From contig CAYRRQ010000002.1 of NCBI GenBank assembly GCA_964426715.1, positions 1-46,682 on the forward strand: DNA of 46,682 nucleotides, in the 5' to 3' direction. A program made the translations under genes and the position numbers. The notes under the pieces were generated by a model, which was not told where the DNA came from, made no database searches, and saw nothing but the letters and a program-made list of their open reading frames with translations. Every line of letters begins with the position of its first letter. The stretch's first letter is position 1. The DNA comes from an uncultured Methanosarcinales archaeon. GTDB lineage: Archaea > Nanobdellota > Nanobdellia > Woesearchaeales > SM23-78. This document shows, in pieces, positions 9,046-16,998 of this stretch.

Positions 9046-10362
9046 TTACTCCTTAAAAATACTCTCCTCTTCTCTCAGAGCAGTAGGAGCTTCGCCTCCA
9101 TGCCACGTGAACCTGGGTCGTACACGCATAGGATACATCTTCTCATTGCTGTCATCAAGGATTATGGCAGCCCCCTTAACCCTGGGCAGGTCATCAAGGT
9201 ACTTGTCCAAGCCGCTCCTCAGATAACTTTGCATCAAGGTTCCCAGGGCGTCAATGTCTATCTTTGCAGTAATCCTGTGAGAAATAATAGTGTCTGCTTG
9301 GGTCATCACATCAGAATGTATCTTGCCAGGCTGCTGGCTTGCCAGCACCAGGCTAATGCCGGGCTGTCTGCCCTCCCTCAGAATAGTAATTAATGGGTTT
9401 GAAGCCAGGGTTTTGCCATCCTTGGGCAGGAATTCATGAGCTTCATCTATGACAAGCCAGACCATGGGGAAATCAAGCTTCTTAATCTCTTCTTCGCTGA
9501 AATAATACATGCTCTTATGCACCTGCTGGTACTCCTCATTCTTCCTTGCAATCATCCTCTGCACAAAAAGCTTCTCAGCCACCAAGCCAATTACAAGAGA
9601 CTTGATTCTCCAACCCCCAGGCATGGTAGCATAGCAGCTGACGTCAAGCAAAGTCACCTGACCCGGCCTGACAAGCTCGCTAAGAGGAGTACCCTGGATA
9701 TTGAACAGTCCCCAGTTATCAGCATTACTGAACAAGTTCATAGTCGCGTTTTTCACGTTCTCATCAGCACTGCTGTTCTTAACCGCCCCCAAGATGTCCT
9801 GGATAGAAAAATCCTTTTTAGACTTCTTTAATGTATGTATGACTTTCTCAATAAGCACGCCAATAGGATCATTAGGGCTGATGTCAAAAGTCATGCACCA
9901 GTCACTGCCTGCGAGCTCGCTCGGCTTAATACTAAAAGAAGCATCCGTGGGCACGCCCTTGTCCTTGTACTTATCATAATAGCCAACAGGAGTGTAAATA
10001 CTGATATCCAGGCCCCGCGCCTCAATACCCCAGTCATCAAGCAATTCCTGGTCCTTCTTGTTAGGATACTTCATAGTCCAGTAAACACCCATGGTGTCCA
10101 GTATGACCACAGAAACATTGTTCTTAATCTTAGCAGGCAAATCAGATATTCCCTCAGCAATCACACCCATGGTATAACTCTTGCCGCTTCCCCGCTTGCC
10201 GCAAACAAAGATTACGTGGCTGCGAATAACATCCAGCAAGATAGGGTTTGATAAGCTGGTAGTGCGTCCCATCTTAACATAATGCTTGCCCAGGAGAACA
10301 GTGCCCTCTGTGCCGTGCTTTTCACGGTCATTCTCGTTTCTGCCAATCACAATATCATACAT
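9046..10362 (-). CDS. HerA/FtsK-superfamily ATPase (DUF87-like)
   Basis: Walker A 'CGKRGSGKSYTMG' and Walker B 'VWLVIDEAHEFLP', with an N-terminal barrel-like segment 'IVIGRNE..GTEGTVLLGKH'. Confidence 0.8.
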   Translation of the reverse strand: MYDIVIGRNENDREKHGTEGTVLLGKHYVKMGRTTSLSNPILLDVIRSHVIFVCGKRGSGKSYTMGVIAEGISDLPAKIKNNVSVVILDTMGVYWTMKYPNKKDQELLDDWGIEARGLDISIYTPVGYYDKYKDKGVPTDASFSIKPSELAGSDWCMTFDISPNDPIGVLIEKVIHTLKKSKKDFSIQDILGAVKNSSADENVKNATMNLFSNADNWGLFNIQGTPLSELVRPGQVTLLDVSCYATMPGGWRIKSLVIGLVAEKLFVQRMIARKNEEYQQVHKSMYYFSEEEIKKLDFPMVWLVIDEAHEFLPKDGKTLASNPLITILREGRQPGISLVLASQQPGKIHSDVMTQADTIISHRITAKIDIDALGTLMQSYLRSGLDKYLDDLPRVKGAAIILDDSNEKMYPMRVRPRFTWHGGEAPTALREEESIFKE

Positions 10363-10417
10363 GTTAATGACTACACAGGCAGCAAGGGTATATAAATTTA
10401 ACCATCAGGGAGCGCTT

Positions 10418-10567
10418 GTCCTGAATATTAGCGTCATTAACCTGTGAGCACTGCCAGAATTCCTCGTAAGAAACTCTGAGGAATAAAAAATTCTTATTAT
10501 CAATTATTCCTAATTTTTTCAATGCGAACTGACGCAAACGAGCATGAAATGCGAGTTATTCAGGATA
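10418..10567. repeat. MITE-like palindromic element, copy 1 (inverted partner at 30174-30320)
   Basis: Positions 10421-10545 are the exact reverse complement of 30193-30317 (125/125 by manual comparison). The ends are TCCTGAATA and TATTCAGGA. There is an internal hairpin AGGAATAA...TTATTCCT. Confidence 0.85.
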
Positions 10568-10654
10568 AACCCCGGTAAAACAGTTTAAAGAAAACGCACA
10601 TACAGAAAGTTTTAAAAGGATGAATTAACCCTTAATAAGAATGCAAAAAGGACG

Positions 10655-10691
10655 CTTAGTCCCATGAATTGGACCAATAGCCTAGCCGTGG
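10655..10691 (+). repeat. Duplicate of tRNA leader plus 5' acceptor/D-arm fragment (copy A)
   Basis: CTTAGTCCCATGAATTGGACCAATAGCCTAGCCGTGG matches copy B at 10746-10782, CTTAGTCCCACGAATTGGGCCCATAGCCTAGTCTGGG, at 31/37 positions. A third CTTAGTCCC lies at 10891-10899. Confidence 0.6.
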
Positions 10692-10761
10692 CAACTGTTT
10701 ACGCCCAGTTGACATGCAAAGTGTGACGTGCACTCGCTATGCTCACTTAGTCCCACGAATT

Positions 10762-11028
10762 GGGCCCATAGCCTAGTCTGGGAGATTTTTGCGAAAAATC
10801 TCGTAACCAGCAAAAAGCAAAGCTTTTTGTGGCCACGAAATCCTGTTAGGATTTTGCTGGAAAGCAGGCGACATGCGCACCTTTCAGGTGCTTAGTCCCC
10901 TTTCAAGAATGGTTTTTCGTAGGAGTTATGGACAAATAGGGCATCAGCCTTCTACAACAAAAGCAGGGCTTTTGAGCTCGCCTGTTGGTGAGAGCTGAGG
11001 GTCGGGGGTTCGAATCCCCCTGGGCTCA
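10762..11028 (+). tRNA. Candidate tRNA-Arg(UCU) with two introns: ~153 nt in the D-loop region and 38 nt at canonical 37/38
   Basis: Three exons: 10762-10785 (GGGCCCA TA GCCT AGTCTGGGAGA), 10939-10954 (GGGC A TCAGC CTTCTA) and 10993-11028 (A GCTGA GGGTC GGGGG TTCGAAT CCCCC TGGGCTC A). They give a 76-nt cloverleaf. A relaxed BHB can be drawn for intron 2. The intron 1 junction is uncertain. Confidence 0.6.
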
Positions 11029-11046
11029 CTTCTTAATTTTTTTTAA

Positions 11047-11991
11047 TTATATATCTTTATACAACTCCAGAATCTCCTTAACACTCTTGGCGCGCATCAG
11101 CTTCTGCCTGTGCTTCTTAGCCCCTCTCACGCCCTTGGTAAACCACATTGCCTGCTGTTTTAGCTCAGAAAAACTTCTTATTCTCTCGTATTTCCTGTAA
11201 TAATCAAGGAATTTTTTAAAAGCCTGTTTTCTTTCCTGCTCGCCTGGCTCTGGAATGTTACTCCCTGTTTCCAAGAGGCCATTCGTTCTCTTAAAAATAA
11301 AGGGGTTGCCAATGGCAGCCCTGCCTATCATCACAAAATCGCAGCCTGTTCTCTCAAGCATTGACTTTGCATTGCCAGGTAAAAATACATCACCATTACC
11401 AATTATAGGAACCCTGGCTTTTTGCTTGGCCTTTTTTATCTTATCCCAGTCTGCCTTTCCAGTGTACTTCTGGGCTTTGGTTCTTGCATGAATAGCTATG
11501 GCATCCACTCCCAAATCCTCGAGAACCCTTATGCTCTTCATGGTGTTCACAGATTTCTCATCCCAGCCAGTCCTTATCTTGGCAGTAACCGGCTTGTTAG
11601 TGTTGTCAATCACAGGCTTAACTATCTTTTTGGCCTGCTCAGGGTGCTTTGCAAAGAATGCTCCTGCTTTCAGGGCCAGGATGTCTTTTTTAGGACAGCC
11701 CAAGTTAACATCAATCACATCTGCGTATTCTTCAATAATCCTGGTAGCCTCGGCTGCCATCTTTGAATCACTGCCTGCGAGCTGGACAGAAACCGGCTTT
11801 TCTTTTTTCAGAAAACAGGTTCTTTGAATGATTTTCTCAGGGGTATTAACAACCTGATTTATCACGAGCATAGGCGTGCTTACAAGGCCTGCGCCGTACT
11901 CCCTGCAGAGCAGCCTGAAAGCTGCACAGTTAACACCTGCCATGGGTGCGAGGATTAGTTTTGAGTCAAGTTTAAGGTTGCCTATTCTCAT
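11047..11991 (-). CDS. dus: tRNA-dihydrouridine synthase
   Basis: Motifs 'LILAPMAGVNCAAFR', 'DVNLGCPKKD' and 'IHARTKAQKYTG'. The start is set at the ATG at 11991, because the tracked N-terminal extension overlaps tRNA-Cys on the other strand. Confidence 0.85.
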   Translation of the reverse strand: MRIGNLKLDSKLILAPMAGVNCAAFRLLCREYGAGLVSTPMLVINQVVNTPEKIIQRTCFLKKEKPVSVQLAGSDSKMAAEATRIIEEYADVIDVNLGCPKKDILALKAGAFFAKHPEQAKKIVKPVIDNTNKPVTAKIRTGWDEKSVNTMKSIRVLEDLGVDAIAIHARTKAQKYTGKADWDKIKKAKQKARVPIIGNGDVFLPGNAKSMLERTGCDFVMIGRAAIGNPFIFKRTNGLLETGSNIPEPGEQERKQAFKKFLDYYRKYERIRSFSELKQQAMWFTKGVRGAKKHRQKLMRAKSVKEILELYKDI

Positions 11992-12073
11992 TTTTCTATG
12001 ATAAGAATGTGAACTCTTATTTAACTTTTTTTCGTAAGCTTTATTAATCTTGTTTTTCTCCTTCTGCTTTAGT

Positions 12074-12146
12074 GCACCGGTGGCCAAGCGGCTAAGGCAT
12101 TCGGCTGCAACCCGAAGATTCGTGGGTTCGAGTCCCACCCGGTGCT
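12074..12146 (+). tRNA. tRNA-Cys(GCA)
   Basis: Full cloverleaf read by eye: acceptor GCACCGG/CCGGTGC, anticodon arm TTCGG-CTGCAAC-CCGAA, T arm GTGGG-TTCGAGT-CCCAC, discriminator U73. Confidence 0.95.
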
Positions 12147-12157
12147 TTCTTCTTAAA

Positions 12158-12931
12158 ATGACCGAGAAAAAACTCTTAATCAAGAAAGAGAAAAAAGTCA
12201 GGGTTGATGGCAGGGAGAGAGTTATCTCTGGCTTTGAAAAGCATTATGCTGATACTGGTAAGGACTATCATACTAGGCACGGGATTATTAGTAAAAAAGA
12301 TTTATTGAAGAAAGCAGGTTCTAGTATAAATGTTAGAAATCATAATTATATAATAATAGATCCGGTGTTCCTGGACCATTACAAGCGCATAAAAAGGTTT
12401 GCGCAGATAATAACGCTTAAGGACATAGGCGCTATTATTGCCAATACAGGCATAACCAAAGATTCTATTGTGTTGGATGCTGGCAGTGGCTCAGGAGCCC
12501 TGGCCTGTTTTTTGGGCGTGCTTGCAAAAAAGGTTATTACTTATGACAAGGATGAGAAAAGCCTGGAAGTTACTAAGGAGAATGTTAAGACTCTGGGCTT
12601 AAACAATGTCTTTGTAAAGAAAGGAGATATCTATGCGCATACCAGGATTAAGGAAAAAAACATTGATGTTCTTGTGCTTGATGTTCCTGAGCCATGGAAA
12701 GCAGTTAAAACAGCACAAAAAGTGCTTAAAATAGGCGGTTTTTTGGTTGTTTATCTTCCAAACATAACCCAGGTGCAGGAAATTGTTAAAGCACTGTCTG
12801 ATGAATTATTGCTTGAGAAAACAATAGAAGTTATTGAGAGGGAGTGGGCTGTTGATGCCAAGAGGAGCAGACCCAAGACCAGGGACCCTGCTCATACTGG
12901 ATTTATTACATTTGCAAGAAAATTAAAATAA
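12158..12931 (+). CDS. trmI: tRNA (adenine-N1)-methyltransferase TrmI/Gcd14-like
   Basis: SAM motif 'VLDAGSGSGALACFL' and 'DVLVLDVPEPWKAV'. The start is set at the ATG at 12158, just after tRNA-Cys. Confidence 0.85.
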   Translation: MTEKKLLIKKEKKVRVDGRERVISGFEKHYADTGKDYHTRHGIISKKDLLKKAGSSINVRNHNYIIIDPVFLDHYKRIKRFAQIITLKDIGAIIANTGITKDSIVLDAGSGSGALACFLGVLAKKVITYDKDEKSLEVTKENVKTLGLNNVFVKKGDIYAHTRIKEKNIDVLVLDVPEPWKAVKTAQKVLKIGGFLVVYLPNITQVQEIVKALSDELLLEKTIEVIEREWAVDAKRSRPKTRDPAHTGFITFARKLK

Positions 12932-12951
12932 GTGGTAAAAAAGTGATTTTT

Positions 12952-13518
12952 ATGAAAAAAGAACTCCGAGTAGTAGGGATTGATGATGCTCCTTTTGACA
13001 AGTTTGACCCCTTGCAGAAGTTTGTTCTTGTTGTTGGCACTGTTTTTCGCGGGGGTAGCTTTATGGACGGCTTGCTCTCCACTCATGTTGAGAAGGACGG
13101 CGAGGATGCTACAGTCAGGATTATTGAGATGATTAATGACTGCAAGTTCAAGCCTCAGCTCCAGGCAGTTTTTCTTGACGGAATCGCAGTAGGAGGCTTT
13201 AATGTTGTTAATCCCAGGGCTGTTCACAAGGAAACCGGGGTGCCTGTGGTCGTGGTTATAAGGGAGAAGCCGGATTTTGGCAAGATGTTCAGGGCTTTGA
13301 AAAAGCTGGGCATGGAGAAAAAGATTGATATTATCAAGGCTATGCCTGCGCCTGAGAAGGTGAATGATGTTTATGTCCAGAATATTGGGATTAGCAATAA
13401 GGATACTGTAAAGCTGCTTGACATTACCTGCACCCACTCATATCTTCCTGAAGCCATAAGAGTAGCTCATTTAATCGCGTCTGGAGTTGCGGATGGCCAG
13501 AGCAGGGGGAGGGCCTGA
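12952..13518 (+). CDS. UPF0215/DUF99-family protein (EndoV-like fold family)
   Basis: 'LRVVGIDDAPF...VVGTVFRGGSFMDGLLSTHVEKDGEDAT' resembles the archaeal DUF99 signature. ATG at 12952. Confidence 0.65.
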   Translation: MKKELRVVGIDDAPFDKFDPLQKFVLVVGTVFRGGSFMDGLLSTHVEKDGEDATVRIIEMINDCKFKPQLQAVFLDGIAVGGFNVVNPRAVHKETGVPVVVVIREKPDFGKMFRALKKLGMEKKIDIIKAMPAPEKVNDVYVQNIGISNKDTVKLLDITCTHSYLPEAIRVAHLIASGVADGQSRGRA

Positions 13519-13523
13519 ATAAT

Positions 13524-13941
13524 TTATGTATTTGTTCTTGTGTTTTTCTTTATGATTTCCAAGAATTCTTTTACGTCTCTTACCAGCTCTGTTGTTATTG
13601 TTTCAAATACCAGGTTATTGTCCATGTTTCTGTATTGATGTGCTAACACATTTCTCATGCCTTTTATTTGTTTTAGATTGAATGATAGTTTACTTGATAT
13701 TAATTCTTCTTTTTCCAATATATTGAAGAGATTCTTATTTTCTTTTGGGATTTTTAATGTTCTTGTTTTTTAATATTAGTTTTGCCAGGTCTGCCATGGA
13801 TTCGGTTATTATTTCAAAGTATCTTTCGCATGCTGCTCTTGTTTTAAGGTCCTGCTCATGTTCTGAAAATTTTTCTGGCATAAAACTTTCAATCTCAGAA
13901 AGATATTTCTCTATTTCATGTATTTTTTCAGGTATTCTCAT
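13524..13941 (-). pseudogene. hepT: HEPN/DUF86 (HepT-like) toxin gene split by a frameshift in an A5 run
   Basis: The N-terminal part (13735-13941) and the C-terminal part carrying 'GMRNVLAHQY' (Rx4H) are in different frames. Removing one A near 13750-13755 joins them as '...NKNIKIPKENKNLFNILEKEELISS...'. Confidence 0.7.
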
Positions 13942-14434
13942 CTCTGAAAATAATCCTGCCTGTCTTATTTATATCCTCCTGCACTTTTTCCGGAAGGTTT
14001 CCAAATACCTGGATGTCCATTTGATCAGAAACATTTGCATGAATCCTTTTCCTGAATAAGGTGCTCTCTTTTAAGTCCAGTTCTTTCTTGAACTTTACAG
14101 CAAGGTCTATGTCGGAATCAAACATGAATTCCTTTTTTATAAATGAACCAAAAATGATTATTTTATCAATGTCTTTGCTTAGTTTGTCTTTGAGGATTTC
14201 TTTTTTTGCCTCTTGTATTTTTTCTTTTGTAATAATTCCTTTTTTCAGCTTGAAATAGTCAGAGTACCTGGCGCATTCTCTTATGAACTCGAATTTTGGC
14301 CTTATGTCTCTTGAAAGCCTGTTCTTCTCTGACTGAGTCAGGTTTATGCCTATTAGCTGCTTTTCAATGATTTTCAGCTCTCTCTTGCCAAAAACCTTTC
14401 TTGTATTCTTGTTCTCCTTTAAAAACCTTAACAT
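13928..14434 (-). CDS. mntA: Minimal nucleotidyltransferase (MntA-like antitoxin) with ~85-aa N-terminal extension
   Basis: Motif 'IIIFGSFIKKEFMFDSDIDLAV' (GS...DxD). Its 3' end overlaps the HEPN start by 14 nt. Confidence 0.75.
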   Translation of the reverse strand: MLRFLKENKNTRKVFGKRELKIIEKQLIGINLTQSEKNRLSRDIRPKFEFIRECARYSDYFKLKKGIITKEKIQEAKKEILKDKLSKDIDKIIIFGSFIKKEFMFDSDIDLAVKFKKELDLKESTLFRKRIHANVSDQMDIQVFGNLPEKVQEDINKTGRIIFRDENT

Positions 14435-14504
14435 CTTTATAACCCTGATAATAGTTACAATAACCTAAATAAAGGTTATATTTAAACTTTTCTATTTTTA
14501 ATAA

Positions 14505-15194
14505 TTATCTTGTCTTCCTAAGAAAACCATTAAAAGAATGCCCTAGAAAAAGCATGATCAAGCCCATAATAGCTGTGTGAAAAAACATTTTATTTGCAAA
14601 CCCCTTAAAAAAGCCTTGGGGAAACATCTTGATTAACAAGTAATAATCTGGGAACGAGTAGTTGCCCTGGGGGAACAAGACCTGGTGAAATGCGTTGAAA
14701 AAGGCCGGGAAGTTAAGGCTAAGAATAAAGAGGACTGCCAGGACTCCCAAGGTGCTTATCCCAGCGCAGACAAGGATTCTCCTAATATTAGGCCTGAACT
14801 CTGCTAGTGTGCTTAGGCGCATGATAAAAGCAAACAATAATACTGCTGCTGCAATACTCGTGGCTTTTACCCATGAGATTATGTTCTTCACATCCTGCAG
14901 GTGGCTCTTCTCCTCTGGCTCAAAAACAGTTAATTGCTCTGTTTTATTAATTTCAGTATTTTCACTAGTTAAGTAATTAATTAAGTAGTCAAGTGTGTTC
15001 CTAGTGCCCTGCACTCCGAGCTCGTCATAGACTCCGAGCTTCTCAAAGCTGTTGTCATAAAAGCTCTTGTCAAACAAGACCATCAAGAAGCTGGCGCTGA
15101 ACAAGATAAGGACTATGAGAAATACTGAGAGGATTATCAGGGTTTTTTGCTCTTGATGTCTTGTTTGCGCTGATAATTTCATTATGTTTTGCAT
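14505..15194 (-). CDS. Integral membrane protein, DUF1461/TIGR01906-like
   Basis: An N-terminal TM helix, then 'FYDNSFEKLGVYD', 'FEPEEKSHLQDVKNII', then 3-4 TM helices. The family assignment is from memory of this pattern. Confidence 0.5.
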   Translation of the reverse strand: MQNIMKLSAQTRHQEQKTLIILSVFLIVLILFSASFLMVLFDKSFYDNSFEKLGVYDELGVQGTRNTLDYLINYLTSENTEINKTEQLTVFEPEEKSHLQDVKNIISWVKATSIAAAVLLFAFIMRLSTLAEFRPNIRRILVCAGISTLGVLAVLFILSLNFPAFFNAFHQVLFPQGNYSFPDYYLLIKMFPQGFFKGFANKMFFHTAIMGLIMLFLGHSFNGFLRKTR

Positions 15195-15238
15195 ATTTTC
15201 ATTAACTTTAAATAACTTCTTATCCAGAGGTATTATTT

Positions 15239-16123
15239 ATGAGCATCATTGTCCAGCTTTTACTCAACGGCATAATCGCAGGCAGTATTTATGCTTTGAT
15301 AGCCTCTGGCTTCAGCCTCATCTACTCTGTGGCCAAGTTCATGCACTTTGCCCACGGAGCTGTTGTCACTGTATCTGCTTTCTTTCTCTTCTTCCTTGTG
15401 GCATTGCTCAAGCTTCCTTTCTGGCTGGGCTTTATCCTCACAGTCGTGTTTGCTGCCCTGCTCGGATTACTGATGAACCTGGTTGTTTACAAGCCTTTGA
15501 GGAACAGGAAGGCCACTAATGCTGTTCTCCTGATTGCAAGCCTGGCATTATTCATCTTCTTCCAGTCATTAATGATTGCCTTGTTCGGAGCTGATATTAA
15601 GACTGTGAGGAGCGGCACTATCAGCACGGGCATTAGTTTCCTGGGAGGCATAATTACAGAGCTTCAAATCATTATTGTGCTTGTATCCCTTGCTCTCCTA
15701 GTATTATTATGGCTTTTTATGAAGCGCACCAGGCTGGGCAAAGCCATGCGCGCAGTGGCTGATAACAAGGAAGTCGCCCAGACAGTGGGCATTAACCCTG
15801 AGAAGATATACAACCTTACCTTTATTATTGGAAGCGCTATTGCAGGCATAGCCGCGGTTCTTATAGCACTTGAGCAGAACATAGAGCCTAACATGGGCTT
15901 CAGCCTGATAATAAAAGGTTTTACAGGCTCAATCATCGGGGGCATCAGCAGTGTGCCCGGCGCAGTGCTCGGCTCCTACCTTTTAGGCCTGGTTGAGAAC
16001 CTGGGCATATGGTACCTGCCATCGGGCTACAAGGACGCCATAGCCTTTTTCCTGTTATTCATATTCCTGTTAATCAGTCCCAAAGGAATCCTTGGCTTAA
16101 AAAAAGGGGTGGGCACTAAATGA
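15239..16123 (+). CDS. livH: Branched-chain amino acid ABC transporter permease (LivH-type)
   Basis: Polytopic membrane protein with 'LLNGIIAGSIYALIASGFSLIY' and 'RAVADNKEVAQTVGIN'. Confidence 0.85.
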   Translation: MSIIVQLLLNGIIAGSIYALIASGFSLIYSVAKFMHFAHGAVVTVSAFFLFFLVALLKLPFWLGFILTVVFAALLGLLMNLVVYKPLRNRKATNAVLLIASLALFIFFQSLMIALFGADIKTVRSGTISTGISFLGGIITELQIIIVLVSLALLVLLWLFMKRTRLGKAMRAVADNKEVAQTVGINPEKIYNLTFIIGSAIAGIAAVLIALEQNIEPNMGFSLIIKGFTGSIIGGISSVPGAVLGSYLLGLVENLGIWYLPSGYKDAIAFFLLFIFLLISPKGILGLKKGVGTK

Positions 16124-16998
16124 TAGAGGCTTACTTAATGCACATCCTTATCCTTATCTGCATTTACATAGTCTTGGCTGTGAGCCTTGACCTGGCTGTT
16201 GGTTTTACTGGCCTGCTTAACATGGGCCATGTCGCGTTTTTCGGCATCGGGGCTTACACCTCTGCCCTGCTCGTGCTCTCAGGCGTTCCTTTCTGGGTTG
16301 GCTTGCTTGCAGGCGCAGTACTGGCAGGCTTTGCAGGCTTCCTGCTCTCATTGCCCACGTCCAAGATAAGAGGGGATTATCTTGCATTGGCAACAATGGG
16401 TTTTGCTTTTATTATTGAGAGCTTTATGAAGAACTGGGTTTCTCTTACCCGCGGCCCTCTGGGCTTGCCCGGCATTCCCAGGCCGAGCTTTTTCGGCTTT
16501 GTAATCAGCTCGCAGTTCGGCTACCTGGTCTTTGCTTTTATTGTCATGCTCATATGCGCCTTGCTGATAATAAAAATTGAGAAGAGTCCTTTTGGCAGGT
16601 TGCTCGAGGCTGTCCGGGATGATGAGACTGCTGCCAGGACTCTGGGAGAGAATGTTTACAAGACCAAGGCTATTGGCCTGACAGTCTCTGCTTTTTTTGC
16701 AGGGGTTGCAGGCAGCTTGTACGCGCATTACATCTCTTTTATTGACCCCACTACTTTCAGCCTGCTCGAGGTTATATTGTTGCTCAGCATCATAATCGTG
16801 GGCGGCCTGGGCAGCAGCAAGGGCGCGATTGCGGGCACCATAATATTATTAATCCTTCCTGAGCCTCTCAGGTTCCTGGGTTTTCCAAGCAGCATTGTGG
16901 GTCCTGCCAGGCAGATGATTTATGCCTTGATATTGTTGTTAATCATTTATTTCAGTCCCAAGGGTTGTTTTGGAAGAGTGCAGCTGGGTGAGTCATGA
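16120..16998 (+). CDS. livM: Branched-chain amino acid ABC transporter permease (LivM-type)
   Basis: Contains 'GLLNMGHVAFFGIGAYTSA' and 'AVRDDETAARTLGENV'. The ATGA start overlaps the livH stop. Confidence 0.85.
   Translation: MIEAYLMHILILICIYIVLAVSLDLAVGFTGLLNMGHVAFFGIGAYTSALLVLSGVPFWVGLLAGAVLAGFAGFLLSLPTSKIRGDYLALATMGFAFIIESFMKNWVSLTRGPLGLPGIPRPSFFGFVISSQFGYLVFAFIVMLICALLIIKIEKSPFGRLLEAVRDDETAARTLGENVYKTKAIGLTVSAFFAGVAGSLYAHYISFIDPTTFSLLEVILLLSIIIVGGLGSSKGAIAGTIILLILPEPLRFLGFPSSIVGPARQMIYALILLLIIYFSPKGCFGRVQLGES

Noticed and set aside
10876-10890. Anticodon-arm-like hairpin GCACC-TTTCA-GGTGC inside tRNA-Arg intron 1, preceded by AGGC that could close the D-stem
   Set aside because: The loop is only 5 nt, or 7 nt with a C-U closing mismatch. 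No T-arm or acceptor 3' strand follows. The canonical cloverleaf is obtained only with the downstream exons.
10985-11200. 71-aa ORF starting in the tRNA-Arg 3' exon
   Set aside because: It overlaps the tRNA T-arm and is antisense to dus.
11992-12183. N-terminal extensions of dus (minus) and trmI (plus, 12050-12157)
   Set aside because: Both extensions are read through the tRNA-Cys gene. Internal ATGs at 11991 and 12158 give proteins that begin at the conserved cores.
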